Source: an uncultured Candidatus Saccharibacteria bacterium
GTDB lineage: Bacteria; Patescibacteriota; Minisyncoccia; Phycocordibacterales; CAYSCM01
Direction of reading: 5' to 3'
Assembly (NCBI GenBank): GCA_964429815.1
Contig: CAYSCM010000001.1
Location: forward strand, 416,001-480,000
Length of the DNA stretch: 64,000 nt
The position numbers were made by a program, and so were the translations under genes. Position 1 is the first letter of the stretch. Each line of letters starts with the position of its first letter. The notes under the pieces are model-generated. The model had not been told where the DNA came from and did no database searches. It was given only the letters and a program-made list of their open reading frames with translations. This document shows positions 52,838 to 62,658 of the stretch, one piece after another.

Positions 52838-53299
52838 ATGACGCTCAAACGCATCGGCATAGTCATTGTAGTCGTCCTTATCCTTGGATTCGGGTATTAT
52901 GCTATTTCGCCGCTTTTTATAAATGTCAAAGTAGATGAGGCGCTCCCACAGCAATCCTCATCGCTTGCCACAACCTCTCACGCCATGGCAGGAGCCGCAG
53001 CGGGAGATGTTATGGGAACCCTGGGGCACCCAGCAAGCGGAACGGCGCGCATAGTAAGCTCGGAGGGTAAAAACTATCTTCGCTATGAAAATTTCAAGAC
53101 CATTAATGGTCCGGACATTTACGTGTATCTTGCGAAGGATCTCGACGCAAAGGAGTTTGTAAGTTTGGGAAAGGTGCGGGCGACTGAAGGAAATATTAAC
53201 TACGAAATCCCCGCGGGTGTTGATCCCAAAGACTACCCGTATGCGCTTACCTGGTGCAAAACGTTTGCGGTGCTCTTCAATTCAGCAAAACTCTTTTAG
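52838..53299 (+). CDS. DM13 domain protein (membrane-anchored)
   Basis: N-terminal TM, then GTARIVSSEGKNYLRYENFKTINGPDIYVYLAKD, the DM13 signature. Confidence 0.6.
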   Translation: MTLKRIGIVIVVVLILGFGYYAISPLFINVKVDEALPQQSSSLATTSHAMAGAAAGDVMGTLGHPASGTARIVSSEGKNYLRYENFKTINGPDIYVYLAKDLDAKEFVSLGKVRATEGNINYEIPAGVDPKDYPYALTWCKTFAVLFNSAKLF

Positions 53300-53343
53300 A
53301 CGCGACGGTCTCGGCTTGGTATAGTGGGCAGAAATAATTTCAT

Positions 53344-54765
53344 ATGGCCGATTCACAAAAGTGGTACGCACTTGCATTCTTGGTTCTTGCTCAGTTTATG
53401 ATCGTGCTCGACGTTGCGATCCTCAATGTCGCCATCCCCTCCATTGAGCGCACCTTCGGCTTCAGTGTGGAAAATCTGCAGTGGCTGGTGACCGGCTATA
53501 CGCTTGCATTTGGCGGATTTCTCCTCCTCGGTGGCCGAGCTTCCGATCTCTATGGCCGCAAACGAGTCTTCATCGCGGGGGTCCTCGGATTCACGATGGT
53601 TTCCTTCCTTATCGGTGCCCTCAACTCAGGGTCCCTCATCGTTCCGATGCGGGTCTTGCAGGGGTTTTTCGCGGCGTTCATGTCACCCGCCGCCCTCTCC
53701 CTCGTGCTGACGCTCTTTAGCGACCATCGCCGACGCAGCATCGCCATATCGCTGTGGGGTGCTGTCTCCGCTGGAGGAGCCACGGTTGCGCTCTTGCTCG
53801 GAGGTCTCTTGACGCAGTATCTCGGGTGGCGATGGAATTTCTTTGTCAACGTGCCGATAGGGATCATCGTGATCGCCGCTGCATGGAGGCTGCTACCTGC
53901 GCATGTGGCGGAGGAAACGGACAAGACCCTCGACCTTCCCGGCGCTGCTCTGGTCACCTCGGGACTTATGCTCCTGGTCTACACACTCACCAAGGCGAAC
54001 GCGTGGGGATGGAGGTCGTCTCTCACGGTAGGGCTCCTGGCCCTTTCGGTAGTACTACTCGCGGGTTTTGTGGTGAACGAGTGGGTCGCGCGACATCCCC
54101 TCATGCCGCTCTCCATGTTCCGCATAGGAAATATCGCAGCCGCGAACCTCTACATGCTTCCCGTCGTCGGGAGCCTCTTTTCGGCGTTCTTTTTTCTCAC
54201 GCTCTACGCGCAGAACATACTTCACTACTCCCCGTTCGAGGCGGGACTCGCGTTTTTGCCGATGAGCCTTCTTATCGGCGTGTTCGCGATACTCGCTCCG
54301 AGAGTGTTGCGATTTATGAGCTACCGATGGCTTTTGGTCATAACACCTCTATTCCCGGCGTTCGGTCTCTTCCTTCTCACCTACATTCCGGTCGCGGGGA
54401 GCTACGCGACCCACATGTTGCCAGCGCTCCTTATCATGCCGATCGGCATGGGACTTTCATTCGTAGCGACCACCGTCGCGGCGACCTCCGGCATTCCTCC
54501 GCAGGAATCCGGACTTGCCTCGGGACTTCTCACCACATCTCAGCAGATAGGCGGATCCGTCGGCCTTGCGATCCTCACAGCCATCTCGACCTCCACGATC
54601 ACCGATGCGCTTGCGGGAGGAGCTTCTCAAGCACAAGCCGCGGTTTTCGGGTTCCATAGCGCGTTTTACACCGGGGTCGTCTTTGCGCTTCTGGCATCGG
54701 CCATGGCGCTTTTCTTTCTTAGGCGAGTCCCAACAAGCGGGGAAGTCTCTGTAGTGCAAGGATAG
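53344..54765 (+). CDS. MFS transporter (14-TM DHA2-like drug:H+ antiporter)
   Basis: LDVAILNVAIPSI, GGRASDLYGRKRVF (motif A-like), 14 hydrophobic segments. Confidence 0.85.
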   Translation: MADSQKWYALAFLVLAQFMIVLDVAILNVAIPSIERTFGFSVENLQWLVTGYTLAFGGFLLLGGRASDLYGRKRVFIAGVLGFTMVSFLIGALNSGSLIVPMRVLQGFFAAFMSPAALSLVLTLFSDHRRRSIAISLWGAVSAGGATVALLLGGLLTQYLGWRWNFFVNVPIGIIVIAAAWRLLPAHVAEETDKTLDLPGAALVTSGLMLLVYTLTKANAWGWRSSLTVGLLALSVVLLAGFVVNEWVARHPLMPLSMFRIGNIAAANLYMLPVVGSLFSAFFFLTLYAQNILHYSPFEAGLAFLPMSLLIGVFAILAPRVLRFMSYRWLLVITPLFPAFGLFLLTYIPVAGSYATHMLPALLIMPIGMGLSFVATTVAATSGIPPQESGLASGLLTTSQQIGGSVGLAILTAISTSTITDALAGGASQAQAAVFGFHSAFYTGVVFALLASAMALFFLRRVPTSGEVSVVQG

Positions 54766-54808
54766 TTCGCTTGTGGAAGAGAGGGCTTTTCGATAGCGTC
54801 AGTAGTGT

Positions 54809-55801
54809 ATGAGCGCGGATACGTGGGAATGGGTCGGCAGTGGCGTCGCACTTCTTGGGGTGCTGGCGATCGGTCTCGCCATTTATCTCGTGCCCTACGC
54901 TGCGCCTAAGCCGGTCCAGATCCCCTCTGCCGGGCCTATCTCCGTTCACGGACAGCTCGTGTGCTTACCGCACAAAAACGAGCGCGGCCCACAGACCCTC
55001 GAATGCGCGTTTGGCATTCAGGACGTCGAGAACCGCTACTTTGCGCTGCGCGATAGCGACCCTACCTACCACAACCTCACCGGCGTCCCCACCAATGTCC
55101 CCATTGTGGTCGACGGCACGTTCACCCCGCGGGAGGATCCGAAGTACCAGAGTATCGGTGTCATTGAGGTGACGAGGATTGCACGCACCGACACGGAGGA
55201 GCGCGCCACTCTTTCAGGAACGTTCGTTTGTCTGCCGCACAAAGATGGAACACCGACCGAGAGCGAAGAGTGCGCCTATGGGCTCCTCACGGATACCGGC
55301 GCCTTTTACGGCCTTGACCTCGGTATCACCAACACCGCAGTCCCGAACCTCACGGTGGGAGACCGCATATCAGCCTCGGGCGCGGTCATTCCCATCGACG
55401 AGCTTCCGGCGTCGTCGTGGGCGCGCTATCGCGCAGCCGCGATTTTTACCGTCACTGACTCGTTCACTTTTCTTAGTCCCGACGACTTAAAAAGTGGCAT
55501 ACGAGGAAGCGTACTCCTTGGTCCAACCTGTCCGGTGCAAAGGGTTCCGTCGGACCCGGCGTGCGCCGATAAACCCTATAAAGCGACCCTCTCGCTCACG
55601 AGCGCGGACGGCTCGCGGGTCATCACCACGTTCACCTCCGACGAGGAAGGCAACTTCAGCCTTTCGGTGACGCCGGGAACCTACCGCATACGGTCCGCCT
55701 CCTCTTCGTCCGTCTGGCCGCGCTGTGCCAGCGGCGATATCCTCGTCCCTCCCGACGTCTACGCCAAAGTGAGAGTCTCGTGCGATACCGGCATCCGCTA
55801 G
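54809..55801 (+). CDS. hypothetical secreted protein with internally duplicated about 90-aa domain (VCLPHK...EC) and C-terminal beta-sandwich-like domain
   Basis: Repeat 1 QLVCLPHKNERGPQTLECAFG; repeat 2 TFVCLPHKDGTPTESEECAYG. N-terminal TM. Confidence 0.45.
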   Translation: MSADTWEWVGSGVALLGVLAIGLAIYLVPYAAPKPVQIPSAGPISVHGQLVCLPHKNERGPQTLECAFGIQDVENRYFALRDSDPTYHNLTGVPTNVPIVVDGTFTPREDPKYQSIGVIEVTRIARTDTEERATLSGTFVCLPHKDGTPTESEECAYGLLTDTGAFYGLDLGITNTAVPNLTVGDRISASGAVIPIDELPASSWARYRAAAIFTVTDSFTFLSPDDLKSGIRGSVLLGPTCPVQRVPSDPACADKPYKATLSLTSADGSRVITTFTSDEEGNFSLSVTPGTYRIRSASSSSVWPRCASGDILVPPDVYAKVRVSCDTGIR

Positions 55802-55876
55802 GAATCCGCGAGCACTACGAGAGGCTAGACACAAAACACGCCCGCAGGTGTGGGCGTGTTTTCGTAATCGCTACGC

Positions 55877-56227
55877 TTAGAAGGTGAAATATTTTGAGAA
55901 CCCTCCCACTAGCGGTAACTCCTTTTCTTTTCCTTGAACGACGTTCACGATGCCGACGATAGAGAGGACCACGCAGCCCAGGTTGACGAGTTGCCAGAGC
56001 GTCCAGAGTTGCCAGAGTGTCATGCCGAGCACCCATACGATGATCTCGATGACGACGAGCACGAGCCCCTGCTTGATGTGAAATTTCACGACCGGATCGT
56101 CTTTCGCGACGATAAGGGGGACAACGACCAAAATACCAAGGTAGGCGAGGATTCCCATAAGGGTATTCGATTTTCCCTTAGCGCCCATTCCCGAGGCCGG
56201 AGCAGCCTGCTGTTTCTGTGGATCCAT
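55877..56227 (-). CDS. DUF4870-family membrane protein
   Basis: GILAYLGILVVVPLIVAKDDPVVKFHIKQGLVLVVI matches the DUF4870 core. Confidence 0.6.
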   Translation of the reverse strand: MDPQKQQAAPASGMGAKGKSNTLMGILAYLGILVVVPLIVAKDDPVVKFHIKQGLVLVVIEIIVWVLGMTLWQLWTLWQLVNLGCVVLSIVGIVNVVQGKEKELPLVGGFSKYFTF

Positions 56228-56295
56228 GAAAAAAAGTTATGTATTAAAGCTCTTTCAGTATAGCGCCTCGCTAGGTCGCGTTTCAACAGGCGGTC

Positions 56296-56640
56296 CTAGA
56301 GGTCGCGGCCATTATAGGGCTTGATGGTGAGCTTCCCGAAGTCGATGCCGTCGAGACAGCGCACGTTGATGGCCGCCTTGGGAAAGGTGACCCCTTCGGC
56401 AAAACTCTCGACGCCGCAGGTTCGGCAGAAGAGGTGGCGGATGCTTTTTTTGTTAAACCTGTAGTCGCTGAGGGCGTCTGCACCCGAGAGCAGGGTAAAT
56501 GTATCGTTATCGACGAAGAGGAGCAGGAGCCCTTTCATTTCGCAGTGGGAGCAGTTGCAGGAGAGGACCGGCACTGAAAGATTGAGCTCAACCTCGTAGC
56601 GTACTTTTTTGCAGTGACAGCCGCCCGAGTAGGATTTCAT
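56296..56640 (-). CDS. GFA-family (CENP-V/glutathione-dependent formaldehyde-activating-like) zinc protein
   Basis: GGCHCKKVRYE...CNCSHC...CRTCG cysteine pattern typical of the GFA domain. Confidence 0.7.
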   Translation of the reverse strand: MKSYSGGCHCKKVRYEVELNLSVPVLSCNCSHCEMKGLLLLFVDNDTFTLLSGADALSDYRFNKKSIRHLFCRTCGVESFAEGVTFPKAAINVRCLDGIDFGKLTIKPYNGRDL

Positions 56641-56656
56641 AGCTGTCTATGTTAGC

Positions 56657-58288
56657 ATGACGGCTCACACCCGTATCGCTATGCTGTATTTGCGCCTCAT
56701 TTGGAGACAATTGAAAATAGTCGGAGCGCACCTTAAGACCATCGGCAAAATTGTCTGGTCGTTCGCTAAATCGCACAAAATCGTGAGCTCGATCGTAGCG
56801 GCCGCCTTGGCCACAGGCCTTGGTGCGGCCGCTTATTTTGGCGCCAGCAAGGCCGCGACGACGATAGCGGAGGGTCCTGCCGTCCACCTCGTGCGCGTCG
56901 GCGACGTGTCCGCCTCAGCTCCCATTTCGCTCATCGGCATCGTGCGCGCCACGCGGGAGGCCAATGTCGCTCCGGATATTTCTGGCACGGTCTCGGCCGT
57001 GTACCGCAACCTCGGTGACTACGTGCCCGCCGGGACCATCATCGCGGAGCTTAAAAACGACACGCAGCGCGCTGCCGTGGCGGCTGCTCGCGCGGCGCTC
57101 CAAAAAGCCCAAAGCGGCAGCGTCGTCGGCGGCATCAGCGTCGAGAACGCCCAGAATTCCTACGCCGCAGCCATCGATACCGCACGGTCAACGGTACAAA
57201 GCGCATACTCGACCATTGATGACGCTATCGCACGAAAAGCGGATCAAACGTTTTCAAACCCCAACAGCCCGCAGCCGCATTTCAACGTCTCAAGCTCTAA
57301 TTCGCAGCTCGTCGTCAATGTTCAAAATGACCGTTTGGCTATGCAGGCCATTCGGGCGCGCGAGAGCACGGTAGTGGTAGCTACACTCTCTCCAGGCGAT
57401 CTCCTTGCCGAACTCTCCTTACTTGGAAGTGAAGTAAAGTCCGTTCAAAACTTCATGCAGGACCTGGTCGCCGCACTTAATGCCGCCGTTCCCACCTACG
57501 GGATCACTGAAGCGACTATCGCAGGCTATCGTGCGGACGTATCAGCAGGGCTCGCCAGCATTAATGCGCTTGCGAGCTCACTGCCGGGAGTATCCGAGAT
57601 GCTCAAAACAAAACGTGCCGCGGTCGACATCGCTCAGACGTCGCTTGCAACCGGCTCCACGGGAGAGAGCGCCGACGTTGCGGCTGCGGAGGCGAACCTC
57701 GCGCTCCAACTCGCCGGACTTGAGAAAACGCTCATCCGAGCCCCCATCTCCGGGACCGTCAATAGGCTCGATCTCGACGTCGGCTCTTTCGTCAACGCAT
57801 CGGTCCCAATCGTCTACATCACGAGCGCCGGTGGTCTTGAAGTGGTCGCCTTCGTTTCGGGAAATGACATCGCTGACATCGCCGTCGGAGCCAAAGCGAA
57901 GGTAGGCGCCAGTGTTGACGGGGTAGTCGCACGCGTCGCAAGCGCCCTCGACCCTCTGACGAAAAAGGCGGAAGTGCGGGTCTTTGTACCGCCGTCCGCT
58001 CCGCTGGTCGCAGGACAGTCGGCGACCGTCTCTGTAGAGCGCTCCGCGCCAAAGGTCCCGTCGGCAAATCCGACCCTCACCGTCCCCCTCACCGCGATCA
58101 AGATAACGCCGCAATCTCCCTTGGTGTTCACCGTGAACGACGCGCACCAGCTCGTCGGAAATCCCGTGGTTCTCGGAACCCTGCGCGGGGACAGCGTCGA
58201 CATTGTAAGCGGCGTTACCGCCACCATGCAGATAGTCGAGGACGCCCGCGGGCTTAAGGAAGGACAGGCAGTTATCGTAAATCCCTAA
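56657..58288 (+). CDS. efflux RND transporter periplasmic adaptor subunit (HlyD/MFP family)
   Basis: N-terminal TM, long alpha-hairpin region, beta-barrel/MP domains (LIRAPISGTVNRLDLDVGSFV). Directly upstream of the RND permease. Confidence 0.8.
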   Translation: MTAHTRIAMLYLRLIWRQLKIVGAHLKTIGKIVWSFAKSHKIVSSIVAAALATGLGAAAYFGASKAATTIAEGPAVHLVRVGDVSASAPISLIGIVRATREANVAPDISGTVSAVYRNLGDYVPAGTIIAELKNDTQRAAVAAARAALQKAQSGSVVGGISVENAQNSYAAAIDTARSTVQSAYSTIDDAIARKADQTFSNPNSPQPHFNVSSSNSQLVVNVQNDRLAMQAIRARESTVVVATLSPGDLLAELSLLGSEVKSVQNFMQDLVAALNAAVPTYGITEATIAGYRADVSAGLASINALASSLPGVSEMLKTKRAAVDIAQTSLATGSTGESADVAAAEANLALQLAGLEKTLIRAPISGTVNRLDLDVGSFVNASVPIVYITSAGGLEVVAFVSGNDIADIAVGAKAKVGASVDGVVARVASALDPLTKKAEVRVFVPPSAPLVAGQSATVSVERSAPKVPSANPTLTVPLTAIKITPQSPLVFTVNDAHQLVGNPVVLGTLRGDSVDIVSGVTATMQIVEDARGLKEGQAVIVNP

Positions 58289-58294
58289 ACCGCC

Positions 58295-61200
58295 ATGTCC
58301 GGCCTCTGGAACTTTTTTATTGAACGACGGCAGTTCACGATACTCGTCATGATAGCGCTCACCGCGGCAGGCCTTGTCGCGGTCATCGCCATACCCAAGG
58401 AAAACGCACCCGAGGTTAAGGTGCCGGTCGCGGTCATCGCGACGACGCTCCGAGGCGCTTCTGCCGCGGACGTTACCAAGCTCGTCACCAAAGAGATCGA
58501 GAAGGAGGTTGGGACGGTCGAAAATCTTCACAAGCTCACCTCCTCTTCGCGGGAGGGAGTGTCGGTCGTGACCGCGGAATTCGAAGCCTCCGCCAACCTT
58601 GACAAATCTATCCAGAACATCAAAGACGCGGTCGACCGCGCCAAGCCGAACCTGCCGCGCGACGCCGACGAGCCCGTCATAACCCGTGTTTCTTTCAGTG
58701 ATCAGCCCATTCTCATCATTTCGATCTCGGGCGGGCTTCCGCCGACGGAGTTTGCCTCGCTTGCGAAGGACGTGAAAGACCAACTCGAGCTCGTTGCCGG
58801 CGTTTCCTCTGTTGACGTGGCCGGGACACGCGAGCGCGAAGCGGACGTCGTCGTGCGCCGCGAGGCGCTCGACGCCTACGGACTTACGCTCTCCGATGTC
58901 GTCGGTGCGATCGGCGCCGCGAACGCCTCGCTCCCCATCGGCACCATTACCGTCGACAAGGTCGAGTACGCCATCGCCTTTCACGGCGATCTCAATGACC
59001 CTGAAGACCTCCTCGGGGTGACCGTGGGACAGGTTGGCGGGCGGCCCGTGTATCTGCGCGACATCGCGGACATCGTTAACGGCATCGAAAGGGCGAAGAC
59101 CATCTCTCGCGCGTCGGTGCACGGGTCGCCCGCCGAGCCTGCCGTGACGCTTTCCGTCCATAAGCGCGCCGGTGCAAACATTTTCCTCACCGGAAGCGCC
59201 GTCAAGAAGAAACTTTCCGAACTCAGCGCAACGACCCTCTCGGGCCTTACGACCTCGATATCGATAGACCTCGGAGCGGAAGTCTCCAAGAGCCTCGGCG
59301 AGCTCACTCGGGTCGGCGTCGAAACGGTCATTCTCGTTATTTTGTGCCTCCTTCTCACGATAGGCTGGCGGGAATCGATCGTCGCCGGACTCTCTATCCC
59401 GCTCTCCTTTGTCATCGCATTCTCCGGACTTTATCTTTCCGGCAACACCATCAATTTCGTTTCGCTCTTCTCGCTCATTCTCGCGATAGGAATCCTCGTC
59501 GACTCCGGCATCGTCGTCACGGAAGCCATCCACACGCGCCTCAAGCGTTTCGGAGAGCCGATCTTTGCCGCAAAGGAAGCGATACGCGAGTATGCCTGGC
59601 CGCTCACCGCGGGGACCCTTACGACGGTCGCGGTGTTTGCGCCTCTCTTTTTCATCTCCGGCATAACGGGGCAGTTCATCGCCTCCATCCCATTCACGGT
59701 AATTTTCGTCCTTATCGCGTCCATTTTCGTCGCGCTTGGCCTCGTGCCGCTTATTGCGATCATGTTCACGAAGACGGAGCTCAACGGCCTCGAGCGGCTT
59801 CAGGAGGAGTGGAACCTCAAGCTCCAGAGGCGCTACCGGGCGTGGCTGCTTCGCATACTCGGCGACGGAGCGTTCCAGCGGAAGTTTTTGCGCGGCATGA
59901 CCGCGGGTTTCATCATCGCCCTCATCCTGCCCATGACGGGGCTCGTCAAGGTCATCTTCTTTCCCCAAAGCGATTCCGAGTATGCGTACCTTGAAATAGA
60001 GACCAAGCAAGGGACGCCGCTTGCGCAAACCGATCTCGCCGCGCGTGGGGTCGAGGAGCTTCTCTATGGAGACCCGCGCATCGCCTCCTTCGTAACGACG
60101 ATCGGCGCCACCTCGCCGCTCTCCCAAAGCCCGACTTCGGGCACTAAGTACGCCAACATCACGATTCGCCTCGTGCCCGAAAAAAATCGCGCGCAAAGCT
60201 CAACGAAGATCGTGAACGAGCTGCGCAACAAGGTCGCAGTCTTCCACGATTTCACCGTGCGCGCGCTTGAGCCGCAGGGCGGCCCGCCGACCGGCGCGCC
60301 GGTTGTTATCACCTTCTCGGGGGAGAATCTCGATGATTTGGAGAAGGCGGCCGACCTCGGAGAGCGAACCCTCAAGGAAATCCCAGGGGCGATCGAGGTG
60401 ACGACCTCGACGAAAGATAATGGGACGCAGTTTGGGCTCACTATAGACCGAGGAAAAGCGGCGGAAGTAGGGTTGACCCCTGTCCAAGTCGCCTCCGCGC
60501 TTCGCACGGCGGTCTCCGGCACTATCGCGACTACCATCAAGAGCGATGCGCGGGACATCGACGTGCTCGTCCTTTCCAATCTCAACCCGAACTGGCGCGA
60601 TCCGACGGATACGACCGAGGCGACGATAGATTCCGTCATGAACCTTTCGATAAAGACACCGCGGGGGAGCGTGTTGCTCGGCTCCATTCTCGCCTCCGGC
60701 ATCGAGCGCAACAGCGCCATCATTAAACGCGAAGACCAAAAGAACATCGCGACGGTTTCCTCGTACTTGTTGCCGGGGAAGACGGCAGGAGAGGTTTCGT
60801 CCGCCTTTTCCACGGCGATAAAAAAGGTCGATTTTCCGAAGGGAGTGGCTATGAAGATAGGAGGCGAAACAGCAAATGTCGACCAATCGTTCCAGGAAAT
60901 GTTCTATGCCCTCATCGGCGGCATGGTTCTCATGCTCGCCATACTTGTTCTTGCATTCAACTCTTTCCGCTACTCCTTCTACCTCCTGATGCTCGTGCCG
61001 CTTGCGCTCATCGGCGTTTTTGCCGGGCTTGCGATAACGCGCCAGCCGCTCTCGTTCCCTTCGCTTCTCGGCGTCATCGCGCTCGCTGGCGTCATCATCA
61101 ACCATGCCATCATCCTTGTTGATTCAATGATCGTGCGCATGAAAAACCCGGAGGGCAGAGGGCTCCCCGAGGTCGTCGCGGACGCCGCCGTTTCGCGCTT

Positions 61201-61420
61201 CCGGCCAATAATCCTCACCACGCTTACGACCGTCATCGGCATGGTGCCGCTCGCGGGCGCGTCAGCGCTGTGGGGCCCGCTCGCGTTTGCCATTATGTTC
61301 GGCCTCGCCTTCGCGATGGTGCTCACGCTTGTATTGACACCCATCCTTATTTTCCGACATCCCGGTAAAGAGTTTTGGAAGGAGCCTCAATCTGCAGCGC
61401 ACGGTAGTGCAAACGCTTAA
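58295..61420 (+). CDS. efflux RND transporter permease subunit (AcrB/HAE1-like)
   Basis: 1041 aa, 12 TM with two large periplasmic loops, conserved TM4 region (LSLFSLILAIGILVDSGIVVTEAI). Confidence 0.9.
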   Translation: MSGLWNFFIERRQFTILVMIALTAAGLVAVIAIPKENAPEVKVPVAVIATTLRGASAADVTKLVTKEIEKEVGTVENLHKLTSSSREGVSVVTAEFEASANLDKSIQNIKDAVDRAKPNLPRDADEPVITRVSFSDQPILIISISGGLPPTEFASLAKDVKDQLELVAGVSSVDVAGTREREADVVVRREALDAYGLTLSDVVGAIGAANASLPIGTITVDKVEYAIAFHGDLNDPEDLLGVTVGQVGGRPVYLRDIADIVNGIERAKTISRASVHGSPAEPAVTLSVHKRAGANIFLTGSAVKKKLSELSATTLSGLTTSISIDLGAEVSKSLGELTRVGVETVILVILCLLLTIGWRESIVAGLSIPLSFVIAFSGLYLSGNTINFVSLFSLILAIGILVDSGIVVTEAIHTRLKRFGEPIFAAKEAIREYAWPLTAGTLTTVAVFAPLFFISGITGQFIASIPFTVIFVLIASIFVALGLVPLIAIMFTKTELNGLERLQEEWNLKLQRRYRAWLLRILGDGAFQRKFLRGMTAGFIIALILPMTGLVKVIFFPQSDSEYAYLEIETKQGTPLAQTDLAARGVEELLYGDPRIASFVTTIGATSPLSQSPTSGTKYANITIRLVPEKNRAQSSTKIVNELRNKVAVFHDFTVRALEPQGGPPTGAPVVITFSGENLDDLEKAADLGERTLKEIPGAIEVTTSTKDNGTQFGLTIDRGKAAEVGLTPVQVASALRTAVSGTIATTIKSDARDIDVLVLSNLNPNWRDPTDTTEATIDSVMNLSIKTPRGSVLLGSILASGIERNSAIIKREDQKNIATVSSYLLPGKTAGEVSSAFSTAIKKVDFPKGVAMKIGGETANVDQSFQEMFYALIGGMVLMLAILVLAFNSFRYSFYLLMLVPLALIGVFAGLAITRQPLSFPSLLGVIALAGVIINHAIILVDSMIVRMKNPEGRGLPEVVADAAVSRFRPIILTTLTTVIGMVPLAGASALWGPLAFAIMFGLAFAMVLTLVLTPILIFRHPGKEFWKEPQSAAHGSANA

Positions 61421-61565
61421 TGCGCGTGGCGTTCGATCATCACCGGGAGGGAAACCTGGGTCGCTTCTGCTCATTTCCACGACCAGCCCCTTGCCGCATA
61501 GGTACGTCGTACTCAGTAGTTGACCCGGTATCCTCCTTGGAGCAGGGAAGGTGGCGAGAGGTCTA

Positions 61566-61594
61566 TTGACCGTCGTGAATAAATATGCTTTAAT
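61566..61594 (+). promoter_or_regulatory. sigma70-type promoter TTGACC-17-TTTAAT for paralog A
   Basis: ttgaccgtcgtgaataaatatgctttaat. A paralogous promoter at 62587-62615 shares the ataaatatg spacer. Confidence 0.5.
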
Positions 61595-61629
61595 TTCCCT
61601 CAGTTCTTTGGCATTCAAGAGTACCGTGA

Positions 61630-61684
61630 GATGAGCTTTTTGTGGCTGAAAAGTCGGCCCCAAAAAGCTCGTCTCATCAGAGAC
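61630..61684 (+). promoter_or_regulatory. conserved 5'-leader stem-loop, copy A (candidate cis-regulatory RNA)
   Basis: 13-bp stem gatgagctttttg/caaaaagctcgtc encloses ggcug-aaaagu-cggcc, followed by hairpin gtctc-atca-gagac. Copy B at 62659-62702 differs by compensatory base pairs. Confidence 0.45.
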
Positions 61685-61733
61685 AGTCGCCAGTCCGAGC
61701 GCCACGGGCATCACACCACTAAGGAGGTATGCG

Positions 61734-62501
61734 ATGGAAACCATCGTGAGCCGCACCTTGTCGGTACACAAGGAACACGAAGTCCTTCTGAAGCTCGAAG
61801 CGGCGGGGTTCAGCGACGATCTCGCACAGAAGGTCATCGAATCGAGGGACAACGACCTCGCCAAAAAGGTCGTGCGCCTCATTCGGAGCGGCGGCCTCGA
61901 GCCGTCGACCTCACAGCAGAAGGCCCGCGAGATCATGGGCACGAACATGTTCGGCATCGAGGACGCGATCAAGCATTTCGACGTCAACCCGTCGAAGACC
62001 CAGCTTGCCGCACTCTGCGAAATCCCGTTCAGTGAGGAAGTGCTCGTGGCCTCTAAGGACACGCACGTTCTTGTGGCGCTGTTTCCACTTTCAATCCTCG
62101 ACGTTCGAGGCGAGGCCGACTGTAGGCTCTTCTACTTCCACGAAGGCACCTGGTACAACAAGAAGCAGGCGTTCGCGAAAGACAGGGGCGAGATCGGCTG
62201 GCAGCTCGTTCGCAAGACCCCGGTTGACAACTCGACGAGCAAGTCTTGGGGCGAGCAGCAGAAACTGCTCGGTAAGGACGAGGAGACGCCGAAGGCGCAG
62301 GTAATTGTCTATACGATCATTGCCCACTTTCTCTCAACCGGCGAGCGATTGTTCGAAAGCATCTACGTCAGATGTTCCGATCTCGGCTCGGACGGCTTCC
62401 GCATCAACGTCGGCCGTTTTAACGTCATAGGTCTCCACATCAACCACTACTGGGACGACCGCCGCCACGACAACCTCGGCTTATCCTCTGCCCGGAAGTA
62501 A
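61734..62501 (+). CDS. hypothetical protein, paralog A (255 aa)
   Basis: SD AAGGAGGtatgcg-ATG. C-terminal half is homologous to 62753-63538 (IYVRCSDL..G..VG.F...GL...YWDD.RHD.LGLSSARK). Confidence 0.55.
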   Translation: METIVSRTLSVHKEHEVLLKLEAAGFSDDLAQKVIESRDNDLAKKVVRLIRSGGLEPSTSQQKAREIMGTNMFGIEDAIKHFDVNPSKTQLAALCEIPFSEEVLVASKDTHVLVALFPLSILDVRGEADCRLFYFHEGTWYNKKQAFAKDRGEIGWQLVRKTPVDNSTSKSWGEQQKLLGKDEETPKAQVIVYTIIAHFLSTGERLFESIYVRCSDLGSDGFRINVGRFNVIGLHINHYWDDRRHDNLGLSSARK

Positions 62502-62536
62502 CCTTGAATCTTGGGGCCTCGGTCTCTTGTTCCCTT

Positions 62537-62576
62537 GAGCCCCTGCGAATTTTTTTTGCGGGGGCTCTTTGTTTTT
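62537..62576 (+). terminator. intrinsic terminator after paralog A
   Basis: gagcccctgcg...cgggggctc, then tttgttttt. Confidence 0.65.
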
Positions 62577-62586
62577 GGCACTGAGA

Positions 62587-62615
62587 TTGACTAGAGTCTA
62601 TAAATATGATAAAGT
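62587..62615 (+). promoter_or_regulatory. sigma70-type promoter TTGACT-17-TAAAGT for paralog B
   Basis: ttgactagagtctataaatatgataaagt. Confidence 0.45.
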
Positions 62616-62658
62616 GCGTCCGGCGTTCTTTTCCATTTACTACAAAGGTTACTTATGA

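Noticed and set aside
57578-60196. 872-aa ORF on the minus strand
   Set aside because: It lies entirely antisense to the well-supported RND adaptor and permease genes. The translation is Arg/Gly/Asp-rich and low-complexity, typical of antisense frames in high-GC coding DNA.
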